DNA of 64,000 bases from positions 1 through 64,000 of IMG/VR virus record IMGVR_UViG_3300045391_000045. One strand, written 5' to 3'. The first letter of the stretch is position 1, and every line of letters begins with the position of its first letter. This document shows positions 1-9,164 of this stretch, in pieces. Both the position numbers and the translations under genes were made by a program. The notes beneath the pieces were generated by a model that worked only from the letters and a program-made list of their open reading frames with translations, ran no database searches and was not told the DNA's origin. The DNA comes from a virus.

Positions 1-4
1 ATAC

Positions 5-445
5 GTGCAGCAGGTTCCACACGGTGGGCAGAAGGTTCTATTTGGGTCTTCTCAAATTGTGAAGTTGACCTCAAGCAATACAGATGCAAAGCAGATTAAG
101 GGTATGGTTCAGCAGGGTGATAGGCTAGTGGAAAAGCCTATTGGTCGTAGAGTTGACCTAATTGTTGAAAAGAACAAGTTGGGTCCTCAGCATCGTCGTT
201 GTGCATACGATATGTATTACGATGGTCCCCAGGTCGGTGTAGACCTTGCTGGTGAGGTATTTGACCTTGCCGTTGATTTTGGTATCGTAAACAAGTCAGG
301 CGCATGGTTCAATTACAATGACAAGACTGTTTATACACAGGGTCGTCCAGCCTTCCTTGAGGAGATTAAGCGAGATGATGAATTGTACTCACAGTTGAAG
401 AAGGAGGTCAACATCGCCCTGAATGGTGGTGTGATTGACGAGTGA
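5..445 (+). CDS. RecA/UvsX-family recombinase, C-terminal fragment (5' end cut by window edge)
   Basis: ORF track; C-terminal motif GIVNKSGAWFNYNDKTVYTQGRPAFLEE resembles the RecA C-terminal domain. Confidence 0.55.
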   Translation: MQQVPHGGQKVLFGSSQIVKLTSSNTDAKQIKGMVQQGDRLVEKPIGRRVDLIVEKNKLGPQHRRCAYDMYYDGPQVGVDLAGEVFDLAVDFGIVNKSGAWFNYNDKTVYTQGRPAFLEEIKRDDELYSQLKKEVNIALNGGVIDE

Positions 446-633
446 AATTCGGAGACTTTGTTGCTCAAAGTCAAGAGGCTGACAAGCCAGAAGGAATGCC
501 TGTAGAAGGCGGATTCAGTTGCCAGACTTGCTATGAGCAGGTTGACGTTGCGGAGTATTTCCGCATTGAGAAAATTTTGAAGTGGAAGTGTTCGGAGGGA
601 CACATTTCCTATGTTGAGGAATTTGTTCTCTGA
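442..633 (+). CDS. hypothetical small Cys-containing protein
   Basis: ORF start overlaps upstream stop (ATGA), co-directional operon context. Confidence 0.4.
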   Translation: MKFGDFVAQSQEADKPEGMPVEGGFSCQTCYEQVDVAEYFRIEKILKWKCSEGHISYVEEFVL

Positions 634-745
634 GATTGTAGAGAACGTAAGTCTATTTCTCGGCGGTATGCTTTTGGGGGTGGCTTTGGGAATCATTGCC
701 ACCCTCATTGGCGTTACGGCTTATATGAATAAGGATAAAAATTAA

Positions 746-973
746 ATGTGGTGGTCATGGATTTTGACCGCTGTCGGTGTGACAGGTCTGTATTTTGCAG
801 GCAAGAACAATAAGATTGGTTGGGCCATCGGCATCTTTGCTCAGACCTTGTGGACAGCCTACGCTCTGACGACAGAGCAGTATGGATTCCTGGTCTCAGC
901 TTTTGCCTACGGCTGGGTTTATGTGAAGAACTACCTTGCATGGAGGAAAATTGAGCGAAGCGGAAGAGATTAA
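746..973 (+). CDS. small membrane protein (2 TM)
   Basis: hydrophobic 75 aa ORF, RBS-like AAGGATAAAAAT upstream. Confidence 0.4.
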   Translation: MWWSWILTAVGVTGLYFAGKNNKIGWAIGIFAQTLWTAYALTTEQYGFLVSAFAYGWVYVKNYLAWRKIERSGRD

Positions 974-1259
974 GCGAGACGGTGCCACGCCAGTTAAGAA
1001 TTCTGGGCGGGGTATGCACAAGGGTGATGCAATTCTTGAGCCGTTTCTGGTAGACTATAAGGAATACAGCAAGTCCTTTGGCGTGACTCAGGAGATGTGG
1101 GCAAAGATTTCTACAGATTCCATTAAGAATGGACGTAGGCAGCCTGCACTAAAGTTGGTCATCGGTAAGGAAGGCGAGGTTCGTACCCGTCTTTGGGTTA
1201 TCGGTGACAAGATGTTCCATGAGATGCTAGAGGCATGGAAGGAAAAGTATGACGTGTGA
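936..1259 (+). CDS. hypothetical protein
   Basis: 107 aa ORF in operon; true start may be the internal ATG near 1014. Confidence 0.4.
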   Translation: MHGGKLSEAEEIKRDGATPVKNSGRGMHKGDAILEPFLVDYKEYSKSFGVTQEMWAKISTDSIKNGRRQPALKLVIGKEGEVRTRLWVIGDKMFHEMLEAWKEKYDV

Positions 1260-1452
1260 ATATGAAGATGGCTGCTGTGACACATGCGACGGAAAGGGAA
1301 CATCGAATGATGCCCAAACGAGTGGCAAGTGTTGGGATTGCAGAGGGACAGGTCACGTTCATGTAATCGTGGAGGTCAGAGGAGTAATTACAGCAGACCA
1401 AATCAATCGTGAGATTGGTAGAATGATTCAACAGAGTTCGAGGTTTAGGTGA
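1249..1452 (+). CDS. DnaJ-type CxxCxGxG zinc-finger protein
   Basis: repeated CxxC-GxG motifs (CDTCDGKG, CWDCRGTG). Confidence 0.5.
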   Translation: MTCEYEDGCCDTCDGKGTSNDAQTSGKCWDCRGTGHVHVIVEVRGVITADQINREIGRMIQQSSRFR

Positions 1453-1778
1453 CAGACGAGAATCCACTAGAGACTGTCTCTGTTCTAACAGAGTTCAATG
1501 ATTTGACTGAGTTCATGCAGGACGAGCAACTAGACCGTGCTCTTGAACTTGCCATCAAATGTATCGCGCAACCAGATATTGCTGCGGTAAAGGCTCCACG
1601 ACTAATTGTTGAGCTTCAGGCAATTTCGTTCAAGTTCGCTGTGAAGGCTGTTGAGTACGCGACCATTAAGAAGGACCGGGCGGGTACAGATAACAACCAT
1701 CGCAAGAACGTTTATTACTCAACCAAGGAAGCACTAGACCGCTTGGTAGATGCATTGAAGTATGCCGCTAGGGCATAA
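1449..1778 (+). CDS. hypothetical protein
   Basis: 109 aa ORF, overlapping start/stop coupling. Confidence 0.45.
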   Translation: MTDENPLETVSVLTEFNDLTEFMQDEQLDRALELAIKCIAQPDIAAVKAPRLIVELQAISFKFAVKAVEYATIKKDRAGTDNNHRKNVYYSTKEALDRLVDALKYAARA

Positions 1779-1839
1779 ACTAGTCAACCAAGATTTCATG
1801 TGTTACAATGGTTACATAATAAACAATGATTGGAATTAA

Positions 1840-2622
1840 ATGAAGCGAGAGATTATTCAGGGTCTCAAGTTTCGTAAGCAGCCCGAGGGTTTCGATGCTA
1901 ATGAGCTTTCCGAAATCCTTGAGGCTGCTTATCTGAAGCAGCGACGCCCTAACAAGCATACACAGAAGAAGACATTTTCACCTAGCACTATCGGATATGG
2001 GCATGGCACATGCCCACGATATTGGTTCCTTGCCTTTACGGGCGGGATGTTTATTGACCAGGTAGATGCTCTAGGAATTGCCAACATGTCCAATGGTACT
2101 CAGGCTCACGAACGTATTGAGAAGTTGTTTGATGACTCTGGGATTCGCCTAGGAAATGAGATTGAAATTACGATGGACAGCCCGCCTATTCGCGGGTTTG
2201 CTGACGTAGAAATCAATTGGAAGGGTGAAGAGGTAATTGGTGAAATCAAGACAACACGTCAGGAATCGTTCCTTGTACGTCAGTCTACGATGAAGCCTAC
2301 AGCCAATCACCTATTCCAAATTCTCATTTATATGAAGGCTAGGAATCGAAAGATGGGCTTTCTGTTGTATGAGAATAAGAATTCACAGGAATTCCTCATT
2401 CTTCCTATTGAGATGAATGAACAGAACGAGAAGATTGTCAATAATGCACTTGAGTGGATGAGAGAGACATACAAGGCATATACAGAAGGCAATGTTCCAA
2501 ACAGACCACTACAGAAGCGCAGCAAGATTTGTAAGGGCTGCCCATTCTATGATTGGTGCTGGAGTGACGATTCTCCTGAGGGAAAGATTGATATTCCTGT
2601 AATGGAGGTTCCAAAGATTTGA
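1840..2622 (+). CDS. PD-(D/E)xK nuclease, Cas4/RecB-like exonuclease
   Basis: D...EIK nuclease motifs (GFADVE, GEIKTT), QxxxY motif, C-terminal Cys cluster CKGCPFYDWC typical of Cas4-like Fe-S nucleases. Confidence 0.7.
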   Translation: MKREIIQGLKFRKQPEGFDANELSEILEAAYLKQRRPNKHTQKKTFSPSTIGYGHGTCPRYWFLAFTGGMFIDQVDALGIANMSNGTQAHERIEKLFDDSGIRLGNEIEITMDSPPIRGFADVEINWKGEEVIGEIKTTRQESFLVRQSTMKPTANHLFQILIYMKARNRKMGFLLYENKNSQEFLILPIEMNEQNEKIVNNALEWMRETYKAYTEGNVPNRPLQKRSKICKGCPFYDWCWSDDSPEGKIDIPVMEVPKI

Positions 2623-2900
2623 TTACGTGTGCATACGCTGAGTGTGGTCGTTTGTTTGAGGCAAAGACGCATAATCAGCGTTATTGTTCAGACGAATGTT
2701 GCCGAAAGGCGACCAACGCTCGTTTGATGGAGCAATACTACGAAAAGAAGGCTCGTAGACAGGGCCACATTCGTGTATGCAAGAATGCTGACTGTAATAC
2801 AAGACTGTCCAGATACAATGACAGTAATGAATGTCAGCGTTGTGCTTCGGCCAAGGAAACTGAGCGCCGTAAGCAGTTGCTTAATCTAGTAGGAATTTAA
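2619..2900 (+). CDS. Cys-rich zinc-finger protein
   Basis: multiple CxxC pairs, basic. Confidence 0.45.
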   Translation: MITCAYAECGRLFEAKTHNQRYCSDECCRKATNARLMEQYYEKKARRQGHIRVCKNADCNTRLSRYNDSNECQRCASAKETERRKQLLNLVGI

Positions 2901-3487
2901 TGTCACTTGTAGACCTAAAGAAAACTAAGGCGAGTAGGGTCATGGGCATTGACTGCTCGACTCACTCGCTTGCTTTTACCATCTTCTTCAATAGACGTCC
3001 CATCAAGTGGGGCAAGATTAATTTCGAAGGCGCTGACGTTTTTGACAGGCTGGAGGATGCAGCAAATAAGCTGCGGGCAGTCAAGGACGAGTTTGATGTT
3101 GACTACATCGCTTTTGAGAGTGCCATCTTGGCTAGGACCAAGAACGCAGACGTGACAATCAAGTTGGCTATGGTGTATGGTGCTTGTATCGCAGAGCTTA
3201 TGCGTAAGGGTGTCAAGGTCGTAACAGTCAAGCCCTTGACATGGCAGTCGTACATCGGTAATCCTAACTTCAAGCCAGCAGAGAAGCTAGCTCTGAAGAA
3301 GGAGTTCCCAGACAAGTCAGCTTCGTGGTACTCTACAAAAATCAGAGAGCTTCGAAAGCAGAAGACGATGGACTACTTCAATAAGAAGTGGCCGCACATG
3401 GAGCTAACAGATAATGATGTTGGTGACAGCGCGGGAATTGCCTATTACGCCTACTACAGTCTAACGACTCGTGGTAAGGTGGACTAA
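2900..3487 (+). CDS. RuvC-like Holliday junction resolvase
   Basis: GIDCS, DYIAFES and DSAGIA motifs matching the RuvC catalytic D/E/D triad layout. Confidence 0.7.
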   Translation: MSLVDLKKTKASRVMGIDCSTHSLAFTIFFNRRPIKWGKINFEGADVFDRLEDAANKLRAVKDEFDVDYIAFESAILARTKNADVTIKLAMVYGACIAELMRKGVKVVTVKPLTWQSYIGNPNFKPAEKLALKKEFPDKSASWYSTKIRELRKQKTMDYFNKKWPHMELTDNDVGDSAGIAYYAYYSLTTRGKVD

Positions 3488-3731
3488 GGCGCAGGGCTTC
3501 GGCCCAAGCTTAGGAGGAGAAATGTCAGAATACATGGATTGTGATGCATGTGATTGGGTTGACATTGGGGTAGGAATGCAAATGGTTCGTCCTGACCATT
3601 TCTGCCGGGTTAAGAGTCATCGAATCGATGCTTATGCATACTATGATGAACTACGTGGTCAAGAACTTGTTGATGCAGTTGAGGAAAATTGGCCACCATT
3701 TTGGGACCCTGAGGCGGTGAGTGTAGATTGA
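3471..3731 (+). CDS. hypothetical protein
   Basis: 86 aa ORF preceded by hairpin-AAGCTT-AGGAGG. Confidence 0.45.
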   Translation: MVRWTKAQGFGPSLGGEMSEYMDCDACDWVDIGVGMQMVRPDHFCRVKSHRIDAYAYYDELRGQELVDAVEENWPPFWDPEAVSVD

Positions 3732-4216
3732 AGGTAGGAATTACTGGACATAGACCAGAGCGTCTTGAGGACCATGAAGATGCTGTTAAAGAGCTTATAT
3801 CAGAAGCACTTCAGCAATTGAATGCCACCCGTCTTTATCAGGGAATGGCTGCTGGTGTTGACCTTTGGTCTGCTAAAGAAGCATGGAAGCTAAAGATTCC
3901 TTATGCTGCCGTGAAGCCTTGGGCTGGACATAAGCCAAGAGTAGCAGACCGTATTGAGTATGCTAAGGTTCTTAAGCACGCTACCGCAATTATTGATGTT
4001 GACCCATCAATCGAATACCCAGGAGCTTGGGTATACAACAAGCGAAATGAATTTATTGTTGATGAGGTGGGCACGATGATTGCCGTTTGGGATGGAAAGC
4101 CATACGGAGGTACATACAACTGCATCGAATACGCGTGGAAGAAGGCAATCCCAGTTTTGAGGATTGACCCTGAAGAAAGGGTTATTGAATATGTCAGCGA
4201 AGAAGTACCTTTCTAA
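3728..4216 (+). CDS. SLOG/DUF1273-DUF2493-like protein (VGITGHRP motif)
   Basis: N-terminal KVGITGHRP motif typical of YpsA/SLOG-type phage proteins. Confidence 0.4.
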   Translation: MKVGITGHRPERLEDHEDAVKELISEALQQLNATRLYQGMAAGVDLWSAKEAWKLKIPYAAVKPWAGHKPRVADRIEYAKVLKHATAIIDVDPSIEYPGAWVYNKRNEFIVDEVGTMIAVWDGKPYGGTYNCIEYAWKKAIPVLRIDPEERVIEYVSEEVPF

Positions 4217-4276
4217 GGCTTGGCTTTATAGGCAATTTGTAGTCTTGAAAAGAGATGCTGATGCAATCGCAGAGGA

Positions 4277-4981
4277 ATGCGGGGTAAATCGAAGAACGAT
4301 TTATCGAAAACTAGAAGATTTTGGAATCGTAAAGAAAAGATGATTGACAGATACAAGTATACAATCTTTAGCGTAGATGATTCTAGAGCGCACTATATTG
4401 AAAAGATGCGCCCTGTGCTTTCAAGTTTTATGGATGAAGTAGAAACATATTGTGTTGATGGCAGAATTCCAGAAGAGCTAAAGAAAGCACAAGAAAAGCA
4501 TCCATATGAAGTGAAATATGATGCGAAGGTTGGACAGCTAGGAATCTGGTACACTGTGCTCAATGCGCTGGAGAATGCGCCAATCCTGACTCTAGAAGAT
4601 GATGCGCTGCTGCATGAAAACTTCCCAGATAGGTTCGGATGGAATATCAGAGAGTGGCAGCACGATACCGACTTCTTCTCTTTGTTCCTTCCACGAGATA
4701 GTGACCATCTTTATGACGAAAATAGAGATAGGATAGGCCACTACACTTGTCGAACGTATCAGAGATACGGCGGGGTATCTATGTATTACACAAAGCAGGG
4801 TGCTGAAAAGATTAAGGCTTTGCTTGAAAGAGATGGAATTACAGGACAGTACGATGATACATTGTACGCATACTCTAAGGCTGGTGAGCTTAACGGTTAT
4901 TGCTCAATCCCATCACTACCTGACCTAGTTTATATCACAGGTCTAGAAGACAGTATCGTTCAGGAGACGGAATACGCATGA
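4277..4981 (+). CDS. putative glycosyltransferase (GT25-like), start uncertain (possibly 4338)
   Basis: ORF track; weak resemblance to LPS glycosyltransferase family; adjacent to GT2-like gene. Confidence 0.4.
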   Translation: MRGKSKNDLSKTRRFWNRKEKMIDRYKYTIFSVDDSRAHYIEKMRPVLSSFMDEVETYCVDGRIPEELKKAQEKHPYEVKYDAKVGQLGIWYTVLNALENAPILTLEDDALLHENFPDRFGWNIREWQHDTDFFSLFLPRDSDHLYDENRDRIGHYTCRTYQRYGGVSMYYTKQGAEKIKALLERDGITGQYDDTLYAYSKAGELNGYCSIPSLPDLVYITGLEDSIVQETEYA

Positions 4982-5634
4982 GAATTTTGGTTATTGTGCC
5001 TACTCGCGGTAGGCCAGACAATATCGTTCGACTCGACAGGGCGATGCTTGACACACAGGTTGATGTTGAGGTAATGTACTGTGTTGACGAGGACGACCCA
5101 AGTCTTGCAGATTATGTGAGAACTGGAATCCCGCTGGTTATTGGAACACGAAAGAGGCTTGTTGGAACACTGAATGATGTTGCCAAAAGATTTGCTGACG
5201 ATTATGATATCATCGGTTTCCTTGGTGACGATGTTGTTCCTCGTACAATGAGGTGGGACAATGCTATCCGTGACAACTTCAAGCCAAATATGGTAGCCTA
5301 TGGAAATGATGGCCACCAGCGCGAGGGACTTCCAACCGGGGTGTTCCTTGACGCACGAATCGTAAGTGTGCTAGGGTACATGGTAGTTCCAACGCTGATT
5401 CACCTCTTCGCAGATAATTATTGGAAGACTCTTGGTGAAGCACTTGGTACGCTTACATACTTGCCAGATATTGACTTGGAGCACATGCATCCGTATGCTG
5501 GTAAGGCAGACCACGACCAAACTTATGCCGAAGCAAATTCAGGTCCCGTATGGGAACATGATGAAAAGGCATTCAGGTGGTACGTGGAAAACGAACTAGC
5601 ATTTGATGTGGAGATTCTAAGTCTAAATGAGTAA
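4978..5634 (+). CDS. glycosyltransferase family 2-like
   Basis: N-terminal RILVIVPTRGRPDN motif typical of GT-A fold glycosyltransferases; DDD acidic motif. Confidence 0.55.
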   Translation: MRILVIVPTRGRPDNIVRLDRAMLDTQVDVEVMYCVDEDDPSLADYVRTGIPLVIGTRKRLVGTLNDVAKRFADDYDIIGFLGDDVVPRTMRWDNAIRDNFKPNMVAYGNDGHQREGLPTGVFLDARIVSVLGYMVVPTLIHLFADNYWKTLGEALGTLTYLPDIDLEHMHPYAGKADHDQTYAEANSGPVWEHDEKAFRWYVENELAFDVEILSLNE

Positions 5635-6079
5635 TGTAGTTTATACTGGTGGAACATTTGATTTGTTCCATGAAGGTCACGTTGAATTGCTCCGGTCCTG
5701 CAAGAGAATTGCGGGGCCGGATGGTCTTGTCGTGGTATCACTGAACACTGATGAGTTCATTAAGCGATTCAAGATTAATCCTCCGGTTCAGACGTACCGA
5801 GAGCGTGAGGTGGTGTTGACTTCCTGCCGATACGTTGATATGGTAGTGCCGAACGTTGGAGAAGAAAATTCAAAGTTGACTATCGAGAAGTTCATGATTG
5901 ATAACAAGCGTGGCGTAGATATTGTTGCGATTGGCTCTGATTGGGCCGGACGTGACTACTATGGCCAAATGGGATTCACCAAGGCTTGGCTTGATAGTCT
6001 AGATATCACGCTTATCTATGTTGATAGGCGTACTGGAATGTCAACTACAAAGATTAAGGATAAGTTGAGAAATGGCTGA
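5627..6079 (+). CDS. cytidylyltransferase (glycerol-3-phosphate cytidylyltransferase-like)
   Basis: GGTFDLFHEGH (HxGH nucleotidyltransferase motif). Confidence 0.65.
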   Translation: MSNVVYTGGTFDLFHEGHVELLRSCKRIAGPDGLVVVSLNTDEFIKRFKINPPVQTYREREVVLTSCRYVDMVVPNVGEENSKLTIEKFMIDNKRGVDIVAIGSDWAGRDYYGQMGFTKAWLDSLDITLIYVDRRTGMSTTKIKDKLRNG

Positions 6080-6266
6080 TGGACAGCACTACTCCGCCTG
6101 GCCCGATGATGGTATGTATCGTGGAGTGAAGATTCCAGCACGTATCAAGGCTAATTGGAATAACGTTTCCGGCCGGTGGTGGAAGCAGGGTGTAGATGAT
6201 ACACTTGATGCTGTAGCAGAGACAGAGGTATCAGATATGCCTCAGTTTGGAAGGTTTTTCGGATGA
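6072..6266 (+). CDS. hypothetical protein
   Basis: 64 aa ORF, start overlaps upstream stop. Confidence 0.4.
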   Translation: MADGQHYSAWPDDGMYRGVKIPARIKANWNNVSGRWWKQGVDDTLDAVAETEVSDMPQFGRFFG

Positions 6267-6751
6267 AAGAACTTGTATTTGTTGATACTGAAACTACGGG
6301 CCTTGATGCATCGTCTGATTACCTAGTTGAGCTTTCATACGCTCGACTTGATGGCGATATCAAGACGCTGTATTTTGGTGTCAAGGAGGTTCCTGATTTC
6401 ATTGACAACCTCACGAAGTTTTACGAGCGGGGTGTCGATAAGATGCCAGAGGCGACAATGGATGAAATCAGAGAATTCCTGAATGTAATGGAAGGCAACA
6501 CAATGGTTGCTGCTAATCCTGCATTCGATAAGGCGTTTCTTGAAGCAGAGGCTCTTTGGAGCGCTCACTACAGGATGCTTGACATTGAGTCATACGCTAT
6601 GGCAAGGTTGGGTCTTGATGAGGTTCCTTCCATGTTCCAGATTGTAAAGGAACTTGAGAAGCGAGGCTATGTCTTGACACAGCCCGACCACTCGTCATAC
6701 AATGACGTAAAGGCCCTTCGAGAGGCATACAAGATTTTGAGGTATATGTAA
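6263..6751 (+). CDS. DEDD-family 3'-5' exonuclease
   Basis: FVDTETTGLD motif (Exo I) plus YNDVKAL (Exo III-like). Confidence 0.65.
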   Translation: MKELVFVDTETTGLDASSDYLVELSYARLDGDIKTLYFGVKEVPDFIDNLTKFYERGVDKMPEATMDEIREFLNVMEGNTMVAANPAFDKAFLEAEALWSAHYRMLDIESYAMARLGLDEVPSMFQIVKELEKRGYVLTQPDHSSYNDVKALREAYKILRYM

Positions 6752-7315
6752 ATGCAAATTGTCGGTTTGAGCGGTTACGCAAGAGTCGGCAAGGATACGG
6801 CAGCCGAGGCTCTTTCGAGCCTCGGCTTTGTCCGTATTTCCTTCGCTGATAAGTTGCGAGACTTCCTGTATGAATTCAATCCAATTATCGATGTTGAATA
6901 CGAAATTGGCGGGGGTGCTGGAGTAAGGCTCCGTAGCATCATTGATTCATATGGATGGGATGGGTATAAGGAAACAATCTATTACAATGAGATTAGAAGG
7001 AATCTTCAGGTTCTTGGAACAGAATGCGGTCGAAAGATTGTTAGCGACAACATTTGGGTAGATGCTTTGCTAGATGGTCTAAGTGATGGCAAGTACGTCA
7101 TTGCAGATGTTAGATTCCCAAATGAGGCTAATGGCATTCGTGACCGTGGTGGTAAGATTTACCGCATTGAACGTGATGGAATTGGCGCATTTAATGACCA
7201 TCCATCAGAGGTGTCACTTGACCATTATGAATTCGACGGGTTTATCCATAACGATGGAACCCCAGCAGAATTTAAGCATAGTGTAAGGAGAAAGATTCTT
7301 GAGGGTAGGATTTGA
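6752..7315 (+). CDS. deoxynucleoside monophosphate kinase
   Basis: GLSGYARVGKDT P-loop typical of phage dNMP kinases. Confidence 0.65.
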   Translation: MQIVGLSGYARVGKDTAAEALSSLGFVRISFADKLRDFLYEFNPIIDVEYEIGGGAGVRLRSIIDSYGWDGYKETIYYNEIRRNLQVLGTECGRKIVSDNIWVDALLDGLSDGKYVIADVRFPNEANGIRDRGGKIYRIERDGIGAFNDHPSEVSLDHYEFDGFIHNDGTPAEFKHSVRRKILEGRI

Positions 7316-7868
7316 TATCGATGGCGTAATGTACGATTTCGCTGAATCGCTTCGCCAATACATGAGGTACTTTGGTTATGACAAGAAGTATAAGATGTGT
7401 GAGGGTGAAGTCAGCGAATGGTACTTTTACCGTCATTGGGGCATGACAGACAGTGAGTTCGTAAACCACTGTCACAAGGGTGTGGACGCAGGGTTCGTCT
7501 TTGCCCACGGAGGCACCCGTGACAATTCTTCTGACGCTGTGAGATTTGTGAAGGACCTAGGTCACTCGGTTCATATCATCACGGACAGAAGTTTTGGTAG
7601 CACCCCTGAACGGTCCCACTTTGCCACTAGGCAGTGGCTCTATCTGAACGACATTCCGTATGATACGATTGACTTCTCTGCTGACAAGACGTGTCGAGAG
7701 ACTGACATGTTCATTGAGGACAAGTTGGAGAACTATGATGCACTTGTAGCGGCGGGTGTAGACTGCTACCTTGTAAACAGGCCATGGAACATGGTTCCTG
7801 GAGATGACAGGAAGCGTATCAAGAGTATCCAAGAGTATGCTACAATTATTGGAAATCTTAGTGTTTGA
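7299..7868 (+). CDS. HAD-family 5'(3')-deoxyribonucleotidase
   Basis: N-terminal GFDIDGV (DxDxV HAD motif I). Confidence 0.6.
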   Translation: MRVGFDIDGVMYDFAESLRQYMRYFGYDKKYKMCEGEVSEWYFYRHWGMTDSEFVNHCHKGVDAGFVFAHGGTRDNSSDAVRFVKDLGHSVHIITDRSFGSTPERSHFATRQWLYLNDIPYDTIDFSADKTCRETDMFIEDKLENYDALVAAGVDCYLVNRPWNMVPGDDRKRIKSIQEYATIIGNLSV

Positions 7869-7911
7869 CTTTTTGGTTGACTAAGATTACAATTGTTTTA
7901 GAAAGGATAAA

Positions 7912-8088
7912 ATGCCAATTTATACATACTGGTGTCAGTGTTGCGATAACGACCAGGAGAAGATGGCGAAGATTGATGAAAGAGACAATCAGCGCTGTGA
8001 CACATGTGGCAACCGACTTGTTCGAGCCATTGATAAGCCTGGTGCAGTTTGGGCACCAACGAGCACTAGTGGAGGTTTGAGGGTATAA
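7912..8088 (+). CDS. FmdB-family zinc-ribbon protein
   Basis: 58 aa MPIYTYWCQCCDN...CDTCGNRL, classic FmdB CxxC...CxxC; RBS AAAGGATAAA. Confidence 0.5.
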   Translation: MPIYTYWCQCCDNDQEKMAKIDERDNQRCDTCGNRLVRAIDKPGAVWAPTSTSGGLRV

Positions 8089-8396
8089 TGGCACCAAGAA
8101 CAAAGCAGGCGGCCAATCCAAATTCATGGTGGGAACATGCTTATGCAACTCACCCTGATATTGAGGCCACATACGAGTACGAGCACAATGGAGATATCAT
8201 GGTGCCCGGTACGAAGTTCAAGGTAAAATACAGTAGAGGTGAATTTAAGTTCCGTTGTCTAGCGACTAATAAGCGTACTGGTAAGGTATGGATTGACTGC
8301 ATTGAGGTTGGTTCTGCTTTTCGGTCGTTCTACCCAGAAGCAATTAAGGGTGTCGTAAAGCCTAAGATTCGCAGGCGACGAACAAAGAAAGCATGA
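8088..8396 (+). CDS. hypothetical protein
   Basis: 102 aa ORF, ATG overlaps upstream stop. Confidence 0.5.
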   Translation: MAPRTKQAANPNSWWEHAYATHPDIEATYEYEHNGDIMVPGTKFKVKYSRGEFKFRCLATNKRTGKVWIDCIEVGSAFRSFYPEAIKGVVKPKIRRRRTKKA

Positions 8397-8611
8397 GAAG
8401 ATTTAATCTTGTAAGGAATGAAGACGAGTCCGGTGTCTCTGGCACCGGTACCGTCGCACAGGGAATCCAGTTTGATGATGGAACTTGTGCGATGCGATGG
8501 CTTACGGCTAAGGCTAGTGTAGCATTCTATGACTCCATTGGAGACCTAGAGGAAATTCACGGCCATGGTGGTAAGACAGTTATTGAATGGATTGATACGG
8601 TAAATGTCTAA
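8393..8611 (+). CDS. hypothetical protein
   Basis: 72 aa ORF, coupled. Confidence 0.45.
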   Translation: MRRFNLVRNEDESGVSGTGTVAQGIQFDDGTCAMRWLTAKASVAFYDSIGDLEEIHGHGGKTVIEWIDTVNV

Positions 8612-9146
8612 CGAAGTTGAATTGCTCGACAGATATGAGCAAATCAATAAGGTTGCCCAACTATACATTAAGGGCACAACGAACCCAACTACTATTGCTA
8701 AGGAGTTGGGTATTAAGCGTGCCGAAGCAGTTGACCTCATTCAGGAGTGGCGAGAAATCGCACGGGGTAATGATGACATTAAGGAACAGGCTGCCGAAGC
8801 ATTGCAGGCTGGTATTCAGCATTACTCTTTGATTGTGGAACGCTTTTGGGAAACCGTCGAACAGGCAGATACCAACCAGGATTATAAGACAAAGAATGCC
8901 GTCCTAAAGAATATCGCTGATGTTGAAGCAAAGAAGATTGATATGCTTCAAAAGGCGGGTCTTTATGACGATGCTGCAATTGGTGACGAGCTTGCTGAAA
9001 TGGAAGAGAAGCAAGCTATCCTCATTAACATTCTGAAGGAAGTTACCAGTGATTGTGAACATTGTAAGTATGAAGTTGCACGTCGCCTAGCAAAGGTGAC
9101 AGGCAAGACCGAACCAGTTACTATTCCTGGGGAGGTGACAAGCTAA
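8604..9146 (+). CDS. putative terminase small subunit (HTH DNA-binding)
   Basis: HTH-like TTIAKELGIKRAEAVDLIQEW; lies immediately upstream of terminase large subunit. Confidence 0.5.
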   Translation: MSNEVELLDRYEQINKVAQLYIKGTTNPTTIAKELGIKRAEAVDLIQEWREIARGNDDIKEQAAEALQAGIQHYSLIVERFWETVEQADTNQDYKTKNAVLKNIADVEAKKIDMLQKAGLYDDAAIGDELAEMEEKQAILINILKEVTSDCEHCKYEVARRLAKVTGKTEPVTIPGEVTS

Positions 9147-9164
9147 TTACCCTGCCACCGAAAG

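Noticed and set aside
3506-3511. AAGCTT occurrences as chance HindIII sites
   Set aside because: More than 30 copies always directly 3' of a GC hairpin and 8-25 nt 5' of an RBS; far beyond chance for a 6-mer in 64 kb with this geometry
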